Below, one piece after another: positions 1-9,240 of a stretch of 64,000 nucleotides of DNA; within the stretch, counting starts at the first letter, position 1, and each line of letters begins with the position of its first letter. The translations under genes and the position numbers were made by a program. A model generated the notes under the pieces. That model was not told where the DNA came from. It did not search any database and saw only the letters and a list, made by a program, of their open reading frames with translations. Source of the DNA: Candidatus Poribacteria bacterium (GTDB lineage: Bacteria > Poribacteria > WGA-4E > GCA-2687025); the NCBI GenBank assembly GCA_028818695.1, contig JAPPNK010000029.1, positions 7,254 through 71,253 of the forward strand, given 5' to 3'.

Positions 1-2
1 CG

Positions 3-3000
3 TCGAACGGAATCTTGGCGCTCTCTTTTAAAGGTCCGTTGTCGGCGCCGGCTTCGCTGCGGCTGATGGACAGGTCGGGGAGCGTTCTGACAGAGTCGAC
101 CGGCGGCAACCTGCAGGCAGACCTGGCGCGGGGCGAGTACTGGATCGCCGCCGAGTCGACCGGCGCGGCGTATGAGCCGTATGCGTTGACCCCGTTTTTT
201 CTATACGAGATGCGCGTTGACGCAGACCGCCCTGCGCGGGAGACGCTCCCCGCCGGCGCCGTTCTCCGCCCGTATTTGAAATGGCGTTCTGGAGGGCGCG
301 TTTGGGTTGAAATAGACGGCATCGCCATGCCCGCCGTTCCGATGACAGACGCCGGCGGCGGAGCGTATGAGGCTGCGCTTGCGATACCTGAAGGCGCCGC
401 AGGGAAGAACCTTCGGCTCCAAGCGCGTCTTGAAATGGACGGCGCCGCAGCCTCTGTCGTCTTCCCAGGGCAATTCTCGGCGGACGGCATACCCCCGCGC
501 CTAGACCGCGTCTGGCACAACGCTTCCAAGCCGCTCAAAGCGGGCGCCGTCTTGACGCTGCGCGCCGAAGGCGAACCGAACCTCGCCCTAGAGGCGGACC
601 TGACACGGAAAGACGGCTCCCTCATTCGAGGCGGGTTCCTCTTTAACCAAAACGAAATGGAACCCGGCGTCTACGAAGCTCTCATAACCGTTCAGCCGCA
701 CGATCAAACCGACGAAGGGTATCTTCGCGTCTCCGCCAAAGACGCCGCGGGAAACGCCGCCGTTTACGCCATCGAACAGCCGCTGCGCATCGACACGGTT
801 CCGCCGCGCATCGACTCGGTTCAGGCGTCGGTCGACGGCGAAACAGTGCGCGTCGAAGCGCGGGGCGAATCGGGCGCCTTCGGCCTGTTCTCCATCCTTC
901 TTCCCGATGGGCCGTTTCGGACCGGCTTGCCGCTGTTTGAAGAGCCTGCCGGCAGCGGGGTTTATGTCGGAGAATACGCCGCCGCGCCGGGAGAAGCTGT
1001 TGAAAACGCCGCCGCCCGCGCGGTATTGACCGACGCCGCAGGGAACGCCGCCGAGGCGCAGACGCCCTACGACCTTGCATTCGATGCCGCTTATCCGTTC
1101 ATTGAACGGTTGACTCATAACGCGCCCGCCCATCCGATGCGCGTCGGCGACGAGCTGAGTGTCGCGCTGGAAGGCAGCCCAAACGCCGACGCCGCCTTCT
1201 CGCTCATAGACGCCGACGGAGAGACATACCGCGGCCCCATTCCAATGCTGGAGACGGAGCCGGGCGTTTACACAGGGACATACGCGCCGGCGGACGGCGA
1301 CCTGCTTGAAGACGGGCGCGTCAAGGCGGAGCTGCGCCTCTCCAACGGCAAGACGGCGGAGCGAACCTCGGAGCGGCCTGCGCGTCTCGACGCGGAGCCT
1401 CCGTCCGCCGTTCTGGGCGTTTCGGTTGAAGACGCGCCGGGCGATGAGGGCGGAGCGCTGCTTCTCAACTGGCAGGCTTCCGCCGGCGCGTCTCGATACC
1501 GCATTTATCTGTCGCTGGATCCGATCACAGACATAAGTTTGGCGGAAGAGGCGGAACGGACGGACAGTCCTCCCGCTCTTGTGTTGACCGAGTCGCCTGG
1601 ACCGTTTTATGCGGCGGTCGTTGCGGAGGATGATGCGGGCAACCTTTCCGCGCTGCGTTTTGACGAGGGCGGTTCTGTCGCCGGCCCGGCGTCGCCTTTA
1701 GACAACCTGCCTCCGCCGCCCGTTCGCCTTTCCCGCGCCCTTGACCGACCGGGCGACGACGGCGGCTATCTGACGGCCGCCTGGGAAGCGTCCCCCGCGC
1801 CCGATTTTCTGGAATACCGCGTTTATCTGTCGCGGACGCCGTTCGACCTGTTAAAAACGGCCGCAGAGCAGAGCGCCGCCGCCGCACAGTTGCCCGACCG
1901 GCGCCTCACCGCAGCGAGCGTCCCGACTCCCATCGACGGAGCGGACCTGTACGCCGCCGTCACAGCGGTCGACCGCGCCGGCAACGAGTCGCGCCTCGCG
2001 CTGGAGAGCGTTGTCGGTCCGACGCGCTCCGTCTCCAACCCGCCCCCTGTCGACAGCGGAGGTCTGCGCATCTTGTCGGGACCTTTCGGCGCTGTACATA
2101 CAGGCTCTGCAGCGTTTCGCTGGTCGCGTTTTGCGGACGGGAAACCGATTCGAGGCTTTCGTTTTAAGGTGGATGAAGGAGCCTATCAATACACGGCTTC
2201 CAATGAGGCGCTGCTGGTTGACCTGCCCCCTGGCGAGCGTCTTTTTTCGGTGGAGCCTGCGGACGGGAGCCTTCCGCCGGCTGTGCGCCGTTTCACATTT
2301 GATCCGATACAGACGCGGGAGCGGGAACCGAACAGCTCCCCCGCCGGCGCGCAGCCCGCTCCGTTCGGCGCTGAGATCGCCGGCGATCTGGAAGAAGGCG
2401 GCGCCGACTGGTTCCGCTTTCATCTTTCGGAAGCGGGACCGGCGGGCGTACGGCTCACGCGGCGCGCCGCCGGACAGACGCGCGCGACGCTCTTTTTGCC
2501 TTTTTCGTTGGCTGAAGAGGACGCCGCGGCGCAGATATTCGCCGACGGAGGCGCCGATCCGCATGCCTACGCCTCCGCTGGACTTCCCCCCGGCGAGCTG
2601 CTTGTCCGCGTCGACGGCGACCCTGGGCCGTATGAGCTTGCCCTTTCCCAAAGCCGGCCGACGCCTGGAGCCGTATGGGAGACGGAGCCGAACGGAACGC
2701 CTCTGCGGGCGAACGCCGTTTCAGGCGGCGCCGTAGAAATTTCAGGCGCGGCAAATCTGCCGAACGACGAGGATTGGTTCCGATGGGAAGAAACGGACGG
2801 CGGGGAGCGCGTATGGACGGTCGCCGCCGCCTCAGGACAGGTGGAATTTTACCAAGAAATAGACGGACAGCTTGAGCTGTTTGGCGAGTTGAACGGAACC
2901 GCGCAAACGCCGCCGTCCAGCCTTGCCGCGGGCGCGTACTACATCAAGGCGGTTGGAACAGGCGTATCGCCCTACCAGATTCGCATTGAACAGCGTCCCG

Positions 3001-6000
3001 CGCCCGACGGCCAACGGCGCGAAAAAGAGCCGAACGGCAGTCCCCAAACCGCCCTCTCCCTGCCGCTGAACGCCGAAACTCAGGGCGCCGTATGGGGCAA
3101 ATCCGACGAGGACTGGTTCAGCCTTTCGGTCGATGCGTCGGCGGGCGCAGGAGTTCTCGCGGTATTGGAGGGGGCGCAGACGACGCGGCTTGAGGCGCTG
3201 TCGGAGGAAAACGCGCCGGTCGGCCTCCTGTTGAACGCGCATGCCGTATGGATTTCCGCCGACGCGCGCTCTCTCTACCTGCGCGTCTCCTCCAGTCAGC
3301 CTGAACCGTATCGACTCGCCGCCTACTGGATCGAACGCGCCGACCATGACGGATTCAAGCCGATCGGGCTGGGCGGAACCTTGAGCGCCGCCATGACCGC
3401 CCCGTCCGGATGGAGCGTATCCGCCTTCATAGAAGGAACTGCCGTTCAGTTTCCGCTTCTGGGGGACGGAGCCGGGAATTACGCCGGCTCCTACGAGGTT
3501 CAACAGGGCGATGATGCCGAAAACGCTTCGCTCATCGTGCGCGTTTCGTCCGACTCCCCCGCGCTGCGCTTCGCGGCGGAACGGCCGATGGATCGGCGCG
3601 TTACAATCGACACGAAGCCGCCCGCCATTTTCGGCGCCCGGCACAACGCCGACAAGCCGCTCCGCGCAGGCGAGCGCGTCGACATCTCCGTCCGCTCCGA
3701 GACGGGCGCGGCGGCGTATGCAATTCTCACCGACGGCATTTTTGAAGCGGTCGTTATCCTTACAGAAAACGAAGAGCAGCCAGGGTTATACGAAGGCTCC
3801 TACGAAGCGCGCCCCGGCGACGCCATGACAAACGGAACCGCAACCGCCTATGTGGAGGACGCTGTCGGAAACTTGGCGAGCCGAGAGACGCCCGCCCCGA
3901 TCGACATCGACACGACTCCCCCCGCTGTATACAGCGTTCGGCATGACGCCGACTCGGCTCTTGGGGCAGGGAGCGTTTTGACCGTCGAGGCGGAGGGGGA
4001 ACCAGGCGCCGACGCCCGCTTTCATATCGAAGGCGTCCGAGAAGACGTCCCGATGACGGAGATGGCGGAGGGTTTTTACACAGGCTCCGCGGCGATCTTT
4101 CCAAACGACAACGCGGAGGCCGCCGTCGTCACGGTCGTTCTTGTCGACGCTGCAGGCAATGAAGCGTCGTTGGCGGCTCCGTTCCCCGCAGCCATCGACA
4201 CGGTTCCGCCTCGTATCGACTCTGTATCGCATGACGCCGACCAGCCGCTCGCCAAAGGCGCCCTATTGACGGTTCAACTTCAAGGGGAGCCGGGGGGCAA
4301 GGCGTCCTTCGACATCGGAACGGCAAGGCTCGGCATTCCGATGTTTGACGACGGAGCCGGCGCCGATCTGGAGCCGTTTGACGGGCTGTATGTCGGCGAA
4401 TACGCCGTTCAGGACGCCGATCATCTCATTGATCAAACGGTGACAGGGCGCCTTGAAGACGCGAACGGCAACCGCGCCTCATTGACGGCGGCGCGCCGCG
4501 TTACGCTAGACGCTGTCGCGCCTGCGCCCGTCATGGCTCTGCGCATCGCGGACGCTCCGAACGATCAGGGGAACGTTTTGACCTTGACATGGGAATGGAG
4601 CGGCGACGCGCGCGACATTCACCGATTTTATGTGTACCGCGAAACATATCCGATTCTCAGCGTCCGAGGGCTGATACCTGCGGCGAAGTGGGCGGCGGAA
4701 AGCGGCGGAAGCTCCTACACGCTGGATCTGGACGCGCCCATCAACAACGCGGACTACTACGCCGCGGTCATCGCGGTCGACTCGGCGCGGAACGAGAGCG
4801 CGCTTCTCGCCGGCGAATCGTCCGCCGGACCGGCCGCCGCGGTCGACAATATCCGCCCCGCCGGACCGTCAAACGCCGCCGCCGAGGACGCGCCGAACGA
4901 CCAGGGCGGACGCCTGCTGGCGACATGGACGCCCGGTCCCCCGGAGCCGGACTTTGAGGCGTATGTTCTTTATGTGACGGAGGCTCCGCTTTCCGATCCG
5001 CTTCCGCCTGATCTTCGCCCCGCCGCCGTTGTCGGCGACAGCTCCGCCGCGCAGGCGTTCGTCCCGACGCCCATCAACGCCCCCGGCGAGTCGAATCGGC
5101 AGGGACCGTTCTATGTGACCATTCTGACGCGGGATGTGAACGGGAATCTGTCCCCCGCGCGTCCAGAGCAGGCGGCGGGACCCGTCTATTCAACGGACGA
5201 CATCCCGCCCGAAGCGGTGGCAGGCGTCGCCGCCGAGGACGCGCCGAGCGACAGGGGAGGCATTCTGATTGTCTCGTGGAACGACAACGACGACCCGACG
5301 ATCTACGAATACCGCGTTTATCTGACGAAAAGCCCCGCGCGGAACGGCGCGTCTTTAGAAGGCGTTCAACCTGCGCTCGCGGTTCCGCGCCTGCCGAACG
5401 CGCCGCGTCCATCGGTTGTTGTCGAGACGCCCGCCAACGATGTTCCGTTTTATGTGACGGTCGCCGCCTCGGACGGCTCCGCCGGGCCGCCGGCGGTCGG
5501 CGTCGGCTCCACCGCGGGACCGGTGCGCTCCGTCGTCAACGAGGCGTCAACAGACCGCGCCGTTTTGATACGCGCCGGGTTTGACGCGCGCGCGGCGGCG
5601 CTGATTCCAGCAGGAGCCGCCCCAGAAGGCGCATGGGTCAACATCGTTCAACCTGTCGGCGACTCGCTGCTTCAAGCGATGAAAGAGGCGAACGCGAACC
5701 TCGCCCGCGCCAACATTGACGACGCCTTTGAAGAGGAGTTGCGCGGCACGGCGCGCCTGTTCGTCTCCAACGTCCCGCGCCTATTCCGCCCCGCGACCGT
5801 CACGCTCGGCTTCCCCGCCCTGCCGGTCTCCGGCGACTCTGCGGAGGCGCCGATCATGATCTTCCGTCTGAACGCGGACGCCGTCCCCGCCCGCTGGGAG
5901 CTGCTGTCGGACAAGCAGGAGGCGGACATGTCGGCGGGTACCGTTTCCGCCGAAACGCGCGAGTTTGGGCTTTTCCGCGCCGCGCGTCTAAAGCTGCCCG

Positions 6001-6266
6001 CCTCGTTCGACCGAGTTGTTGTGTATCCGAATCCGTTCCGCTTGGGCGGTTTGCCGCTTCGTTTTGAAAATCTGCCGCGCGGCGCCGAGGTTGCGATCTA
6101 CACGTTGGACGGGCGTCTCGTTCGGCGCCTTGAAAAAAGCCTAGCCGGGGCGGCAGAATGGGACGGCAGAACGCGCGGGGGAGACCTCGCCGCCACGGGC
6201 TTGTATCTATACTCGGCGTCGACAGCGACCGGTCGCCGAGTCGGCCAAATCTTTGTGATACGGTGA
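3..6266 (+). CDS. Giant secreted cell-surface/adhesin-like protein, 5' partial (Ig-like, FN3-like and PPC-type modules, T9SS/FlgD-Ig-like C-terminal tail)
   Basis: One uninterrupted ORF whose frame stays open to the window start. The residues after the TTG at 15 do not look like a signal peptide, so the gene is probably truncated at the 5' end. The translation shows at least 7 Ig-like modules separated by (I/L)D(T/A)xPP linkers. It also shows 5 FN3-like modules (xDAP(N/G/S)D(Q/E/R)GG..L..W...Y(R/E)(V/I)Y...YAAV.A.D.AGN.S) and 3 PPC-type modules (EPN(G/S)(S/T)P....D(E/A)DWF). The final ~85 aa (VVYPNPF...LYLYSAS...IFVIR) resemble a Por secretion tail. Confidence 0.85.
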   Translation, partial: SNGILALSFKGPLSAPASLRLMDRSGSVLTESTGGNLQADLARGEYWIAAESTGAAYEPYALTPFFLYEMRVDADRPARETLPAGAVLRPYLKWRSGGRVWVEIDGIAMPAVPMTDAGGGAYEAALAIPEGAAGKNLRLQARLEMDGAAASVVFPGQFSADGIPPRLDRVWHNASKPLKAGAVLTLRAEGEPNLALEADLTRKDGSLIRGGFLFNQNEMEPGVYEALITVQPHDQTDEGYLRVSAKDAAGNAAVYAIEQPLRIDTVPPRIDSVQASVDGETVRVEARGESGAFGLFSILLPDGPFRTGLPLFEEPAGSGVYVGEYAAAPGEAVENAAARAVLTDAAGNAAEAQTPYDLAFDAAYPFIERLTHNAPAHPMRVGDELSVALEGSPNADAAFSLIDADGETYRGPIPMLETEPGVYTGTYAPADGDLLEDGRVKAELRLSNGKTAERTSERPARLDAEPPSAVLGVSVEDAPGDEGGALLLNWQASAGASRYRIYLSLDPITDISLAEEAERTDSPPALVLTESPGPFYAAVVAEDDAGNLSALRFDEGGSVAGPASPLDNLPPPPVRLSRALDRPGDDGGYLTAAWEASPAPDFLEYRVYLSRTPFDLLKTAAEQSAAAAQLPDRRLTAASVPTPIDGADLYAAVTAVDRAGNESRLALESVVGPTRSVSNPPPVDSGGLRILSGPFGAVHTGSAAFRWSRFADGKPIRGFRFKVDEGAYQYTASNEALLVDLPPGERLFSVEPADGSLPPAVRRFTFDPIQTREREPNSSPAGAQPAPFGAEIAGDLEEGGADWFRFHLSEAGPAGVRLTRRAAGQTRATLFLPFSLAEEDAAAQIFADGGADPHAYASAGLPPGELLVRVDGDPGPYELALSQSRPTPGAVWETEPNGTPLRANAVSGGAVEISGAANLPNDEDWFRWEETDGGERVWTVAAASGQVEFYQEIDGQLELFGELNGTAQTPPSSLAAGAYYIKAVGTGVSPYQIRIEQRPAPDGQRREKEPNGSPQTALSLPLNAETQGAVWGKSDEDWFSLSVDASAGAGVLAVLEGAQTTRLEALSEENAPVGLLLNAHAVWISADARSLYLRVSSSQPEPYRLAAYWIERADHDGFKPIGLGGTLSAAMTAPSGWSVSAFIEGTAVQFPLLGDGAGNYAGSYEVQQGDDAENASLIVRVSSDSPALRFAAERPMDRRVTIDTKPPAIFGARHNADKPLRAGERVDISVRSETGAAAYAILTDGIFEAVVILTENEEQPGLYEGSYEARPGDAMTNGTATAYVEDAVGNLASRETPAPIDIDTTPPAVYSVRHDADSALGAGSVLTVEAEGEPGADARFHIEGVREDVPMTEMAEGFYTGSAAIFPNDNAEAAVVTVVLVDAAGNEASLAAPFPAAIDTVPPRIDSVSHDADQPLAKGALLTVQLQGEPGGKASFDIGTARLGIPMFDDGAGADLEPFDGLYVGEYAVQDADHLIDQTVTGRLEDANGNRASLTAARRVTLDAVAPAPVMALRIADAPNDQGNVLTLTWEWSGDARDIHRFYVYRETYPILSVRGLIPAAKWAAESGGSSYTLDLDAPINNADYYAAVIAVDSARNESALLAGESSAGPAAAVDNIRPAGPSNAAAEDAPNDQGGRLLATWTPGPPEPDFEAYVLYVTEAPLSDPLPPDLRPAAVVGDSSAAQAFVPTPINAPGESNRQGPFYVTILTRDVNGNLSPARPEQAAGPVYSTDDIPPEAVAGVAAEDAPSDRGGILIVSWNDNDDPTIYEYRVYLTKSPARNGASLEGVQPALAVPRLPNAPRPSVVVETPANDVPFYVTVAASDGSAGPPAVGVGSTAGPVRSVVNEASTDRAVLIRAGFDARAAALIPAGAAPEGAWVNIVQPVGDSLLQAMKEANANLARANIDDAFEEELRGTARLFVSNVPRLFRPATVTLGFPALPVSGDSAEAPIMIFRLNADAVPARWELLSDKQEADMSAGTVSAETREFGLFRAARLKLPASFDRVVVYPNPFRLGGLPLRFENLPRGAEVAIYTLDGRLVRRLEKSLAGAAEWDGRTRGGDLAATGLYLYSASTATGRRVGQIFVIR

Positions 6267-6274
6267 GGGAAACG

Positions 6275-7273
6275 ATGCGTTTGTCCGCGCTGGGCGCCTG
6301 CTGCGCAATATGGCTCGCTTTTCCATGCTGGCTCTTGGCGGGCGGCTTGACGGGGCCGGCCGCGCTGAACATGGAGGGAGGGGCGCGCGCCGCCGCGATG
6401 GGCGGAGCGTTCACCGCTGTCGCGGACGACGTCTCGGCGCTGTACTGGAATCCGGCGGGGCTGGGGCAGATTTCGGAGCCGCGTTTTTTGGGAGAGCATC
6501 TGGAGTGGGTCGGCGGGATACGGCGCGAATGGGCGGGGTTCGTCCAGCCTGTTCAAAAAATCGCCAGCGTCGCCGCCGCGGCGTCCATCTTGACCGGCGG
6601 GGATGCGCCGCACACAACGCGCAGCTTAGGCGGTTATGAGGAGATAGGATCGTTTCAGTATTCCTCACGGCATGCGCAGTTTGCCGCGGCGTCGAGGCGG
6701 ATGGGCGATGTGCGCGTCGGCGGTTCGTTAGAGATTTTTCAGCAGGGGCTTGATTTTTCATTGAGCGAGACGGCGGGGTCGTCCGATTTTTCTGAGGCGC
6801 GTTCGGACGGGTATGCGGTTCATCTCGGCGGAATCTGGCATCCGCCGGTTCTTGGGTTGAAGGTCGGGGGAACCGTGCGCGGTTTGGGATCGGACACTCT
6901 TTTTTACGACGATTCGATACCGCTGCCGCGTCAGTTGCGTCTGGGCGCGGCGTATGAACGGCAGATCGAGTCGGCGCCGCCGGAGGAGATACCGATAGAG
7001 CTGGCGGCGGCTCCCGCGCGCGTTTCGAAGGTGGAATTTTTGACGGTTGCGGCGGATGTGTCGTTTGAACGGGGAGCGTCGGCTCGACTGCATGCGGGAG
7101 CGGAATATGTGTTTCAAAACGGCTTTGCGATTCGGGCGGGCTACCGCACCGGCGCGCCGTTGACAGGCGGGTTCGGCTTCGCAGGCAGGTCGTATGAGAT
7201 CGATTACGCCTTCACGCCGGCGGCGGAGCTCGGGAGCGCGCACAGGATTTCGTTCACGCTCCTTTTTCGCTGA
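6275..7273 (+). CDS. PorV/PorQ-like outer-membrane beta-barrel protein
   Basis: ATG at 6275 is 8 nt after the giant gene's stop and follows GGTGAGGGA. Signal peptide MRLSALGACCAIWLAFPCWLLAG. The N-terminal motif GARAAAMGGAFTAVADDVSALYWNPAGLG is typical of PorV/PorQ (also UPF0164/FadL-like) barrels, and the C-terminus has alternating beta-strand character. The ORF-track start at 6158 overlaps the upstream gene, so I trimmed it. Confidence 0.75.
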   Translation: MRLSALGACCAIWLAFPCWLLAGGLTGPAALNMEGGARAAAMGGAFTAVADDVSALYWNPAGLGQISEPRFLGEHLEWVGGIRREWAGFVQPVQKIASVAAAASILTGGDAPHTTRSLGGYEEIGSFQYSSRHAQFAAASRRMGDVRVGGSLEIFQQGLDFSLSETAGSSDFSEARSDGYAVHLGGIWHPPVLGLKVGGTVRGLGSDTLFYDDSIPLPRQLRLGAAYERQIESAPPEEIPIELAAAPARVSKVEFLTVAADVSFERGASARLHAGAEYVFQNGFAIRAGYRTGAPLTGGFGFAGRSYEIDYAFTPAAELGSAHRISFTLLFR

Positions 7274-7397
7274 AGTTTCGTCTGCATAGCCCCATTTAAA
7301 TCCATTCTATTATGATCGCCGCATTGGCGTACTGCCTGGACGCCTTACAGACCTAATGCATAAAGTTGGGACATCTGAACAAATAAACCCTTTATTG

Positions 7398-7604
7398 ATG
7401 GAAAAGCGTCGCCAACCAGACCGCCATTCCCGCGCAGCATGTCCCTGTGAAAACGGGGAGCGGGAATCCAGAGGCGTCGCAGAAGCTGCCCGCGTTCGCA
7501 TTCCGATTTGTCCCAACTAACGCCTTACGGTCAGGGTTTACACCTTGACCAAATTGAAAGCGATGGGTTATAATCTGGAAGAGTTGGGCATCAATCCGGA
7601 ATGA
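7398..7604 (+). pseudogene. Decayed paralog remnant of the 7763-8215 gene (in-frame TAA at 7518-7520)
   Basis: The reading frame ends ...TLTKLKAMGYNLEELGINPE*. This mirrors the C-terminus ...SELEKQGYNLEDLGIDPE* of the gene at 7763-8215. The frame is interrupted by TAA at 7518-7520. Only the C-terminal ~20 aa similarity is visible by eye. Confidence 0.3.
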
Positions 7605-7616
7605 GAAGGGGTTCTG

Positions 7617-7793
7617 ATGAAAAAAGTCGGCGACGATACAGCGGAAACGGCTGGCGAAAATGAGACCGATGTCCAGAACGCAGCGGCGCCCGCCCAAAGC
7701 GGCGATGACGAAAAGCCCGCGCTCACCCCGCTACAGCAGGCGAGGTATGACTATTTCGCGAAATGGGACCGGTATGGGCAGAGAATAGGATAG
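7617..7793 (+). CDS. Small acidic ORF (58 aa), possibly the displaced N-terminus of the following gene
   Basis: ATG at 7617 follows GAGAAGGGG. Translation: MKKVGDDTAETAGENETDVQNAAAPAQSGDDEKPALTPLQQARYDYFAKWDRYGQRIG*. It overlaps the 7763 ORF by 31 nt in a different frame, consistent with a frameshift split. Confidence 0.3.
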   Translation: MKKVGDDTAETAGENETDVQNAAAPAQSGDDEKPALTPLQQARYDYFAKWDRYGQRIG

Positions 7794-8215
7794 AAGCGTC
7801 GCGGTTTCAACATGAGCGGGATTACGCTACAAAAGTTCTCAACGAGCGGTGGGCATATGATTCAGCTCATCCCGACCACCAAAAATTTGAAGCCGAGCAG
7901 GCAAGAGCTTGGGATAAGCTGCGAGAAACAAGGGAGGCCATCGCTCGTTTTTTTGCGCCGGAAGTGATTTTTGATGCCAACGGAAATTTGGAAACTCTTA
8001 AAGTGATGGAATTGGTCGGCGGCGAGTTTCCTCCAGAATATCTAGAGGGTCGTCAACGCGCGCATGACAGAGAGATGGAGATATTAAAGAAGTTCCTTGT
8101 GCCTACCCATCTCCGATACGGCATGCTTAGTCCCCAAGGATGGGAGCCTTTCACTCCAAGCGAATTGGAAAAGCAGGGCTATAATCTGGAAGATCTGGGC
8201 ATCGATCCAGAATGA
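7763..8215 (+). CDS. Hypothetical protein (150 aa), AT-richer islet
   Basis: ORF with non-artefactual amino-acid composition (rich in K/E/F/Y rather than R/A/P). No motif recognised. Its C-terminal peptide is duplicated in the remnant at 7398-7604. Confidence 0.5.
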   Translation: MGPVWAENRIEASRFQHERDYATKVLNERWAYDSAHPDHQKFEAEQARAWDKLRETREAIARFFAPEVIFDANGNLETLKVMELVGGEFPPEYLEGRQRAHDREMEILKKFLVPTHLRYGMLSPQGWEPFTPSELEKQGYNLEDLGIDPE

Positions 8216-8369
8216 GGCGGTGCGACTTCGCCGCGTTTCATTTTAAAGGTACCTTCTCATAGGAGCGGGGGCAGGTATGCCGACCTGGGTGCCGCTTTGA
8301 AAAGAAACTCCATGCGAATCCGCTTATAATACAAGCGCTGCCAGAAGCCAAAACCTGAAGCGGAGAAAC

Positions 8370-9227
8370 ATGAACCCGAAAAACTTGAACTATATCTGTG
8401 AAGAAGGGCGCTGGATCGCCCACGACGGAAACCGCGTCTATGCCGCCTATCTCATGAACGGAGCCGCCTTGAAGCCGTACATCTCCGTCCTGCCGGCGCC
8501 GAGCGGACGCAACCTGCTCGCGGACGCTCCGCACGACCATATCCATCACCACGGCGTCTGGTGGGGGCATGGCGACGTCAACGGAGTCACCTTCTACCTA
8601 GAGCTGCCAAGCCATCGCCCCGGACGCATTCTCCACCGCGAATACGCCAACCTCGACCTGAAAAAAGACGCGGTCGGATTCGCGCAAATACTGGACTGGA
8701 ACGCCCCGACAGGCGAGACGCTCCTTCAAGAAACGCGCCAGATCGCGCTGCTCTTCAACCGAAACGACGGCTACACGCTCAACCTTGAATCGGCCTACGA
8801 GGCGCAGACCGACATCGCGTTCGGAACCACCAAAGAGTCGGCGATGCCGATCATACGCATGGGGGACGCCTTCAACGGAAAAGCGGGCGGGGCGATTCTC
8901 AACAGCGAAGGCGGACGCGGCGAAAAAGAGACCTTTGGACAGCCCGCCCGCTGGGTCGATTACAGCGCGCCCGTCCCCGAACGATACGGGCGGCACAAGC
9001 GCGAAGGGCTAGCCTGCCTAGACCATCCAAGCAACCCGCATCACCCGAACCGATGGTTCACGCGCGAATACGGACCGCTCTCGCCGCGCGAGGGGCATCT
9101 CTTCACAGGCGCCGAAACGCTGCCAAAAGGGGATGTCCTGCGCCTGAAACACCGCGTCGTCGTCCACAAAGGCGGACCCGAAGAGGCGGATATCGAAGCC
9201 GCGTGGCAAGCCTACGCCGACGAATAG
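8370..9227 (+). CDS. PmoA-family (DUF6807-type) protein
   Basis: RBS GGAGAAAC precedes the ATG. The motif HDHIHHHGVWWGHGDVNGVTFY and the overall length fit the PmoA/DUF6807 family. That family commonly sits next to Gfo/Idh/MocA and TIM-barrel isomerase genes, as it does here. Confidence 0.8.
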   Translation: MNPKNLNYICEEGRWIAHDGNRVYAAYLMNGAALKPYISVLPAPSGRNLLADAPHDHIHHHGVWWGHGDVNGVTFYLELPSHRPGRILHREYANLDLKKDAVGFAQILDWNAPTGETLLQETRQIALLFNRNDGYTLNLESAYEAQTDIAFGTTKESAMPIIRMGDAFNGKAGGAILNSEGGRGEKETFGQPARWVDYSAPVPERYGRHKREGLACLDHPSNPHHPNRWFTREYGPLSPREGHLFTGAETLPKGDVLRLKHRVVVHKGGPEEADIEAAWQAYADE

Positions 9228-9240
9228 CGTTCTAAAACGC

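Noticed and set aside
6158-6274. N-terminal extensions in the ORF track (6158, 14218, 15266, 20017, 24330, 26675, 32612, 33973, 36324, 40495, 46264, 51040, 52374, 53546, 53558)
   Set aside because: The extensions overlap upstream genes or encode Arg-rich junk. Internal ATGs with Shine-Dalgarno-like sequences, or with ATGA/GTGA coupling to the neighbouring gene, give biologically sensible N-termini such as signal peptides and Rossmann folds.
7392-7697. 101-aa minus-strand ORF in the AT-richer islet
   Set aside because: It spans the paralog remnant and the start of the 7617 ORF on the opposite strand. It has no RBS or motif, and the plus-strand frames explain the region better.
7740-7800. Programmed -1 ribosomal frameshift joining the 7617 and 7763 frames
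   Set aside because: I saw no X XXY YYZ slippery heptamer and no obvious downstream stem-loop in the overlap. A mutational or sequencing frameshift, or two separate genes, is more parsimonious.
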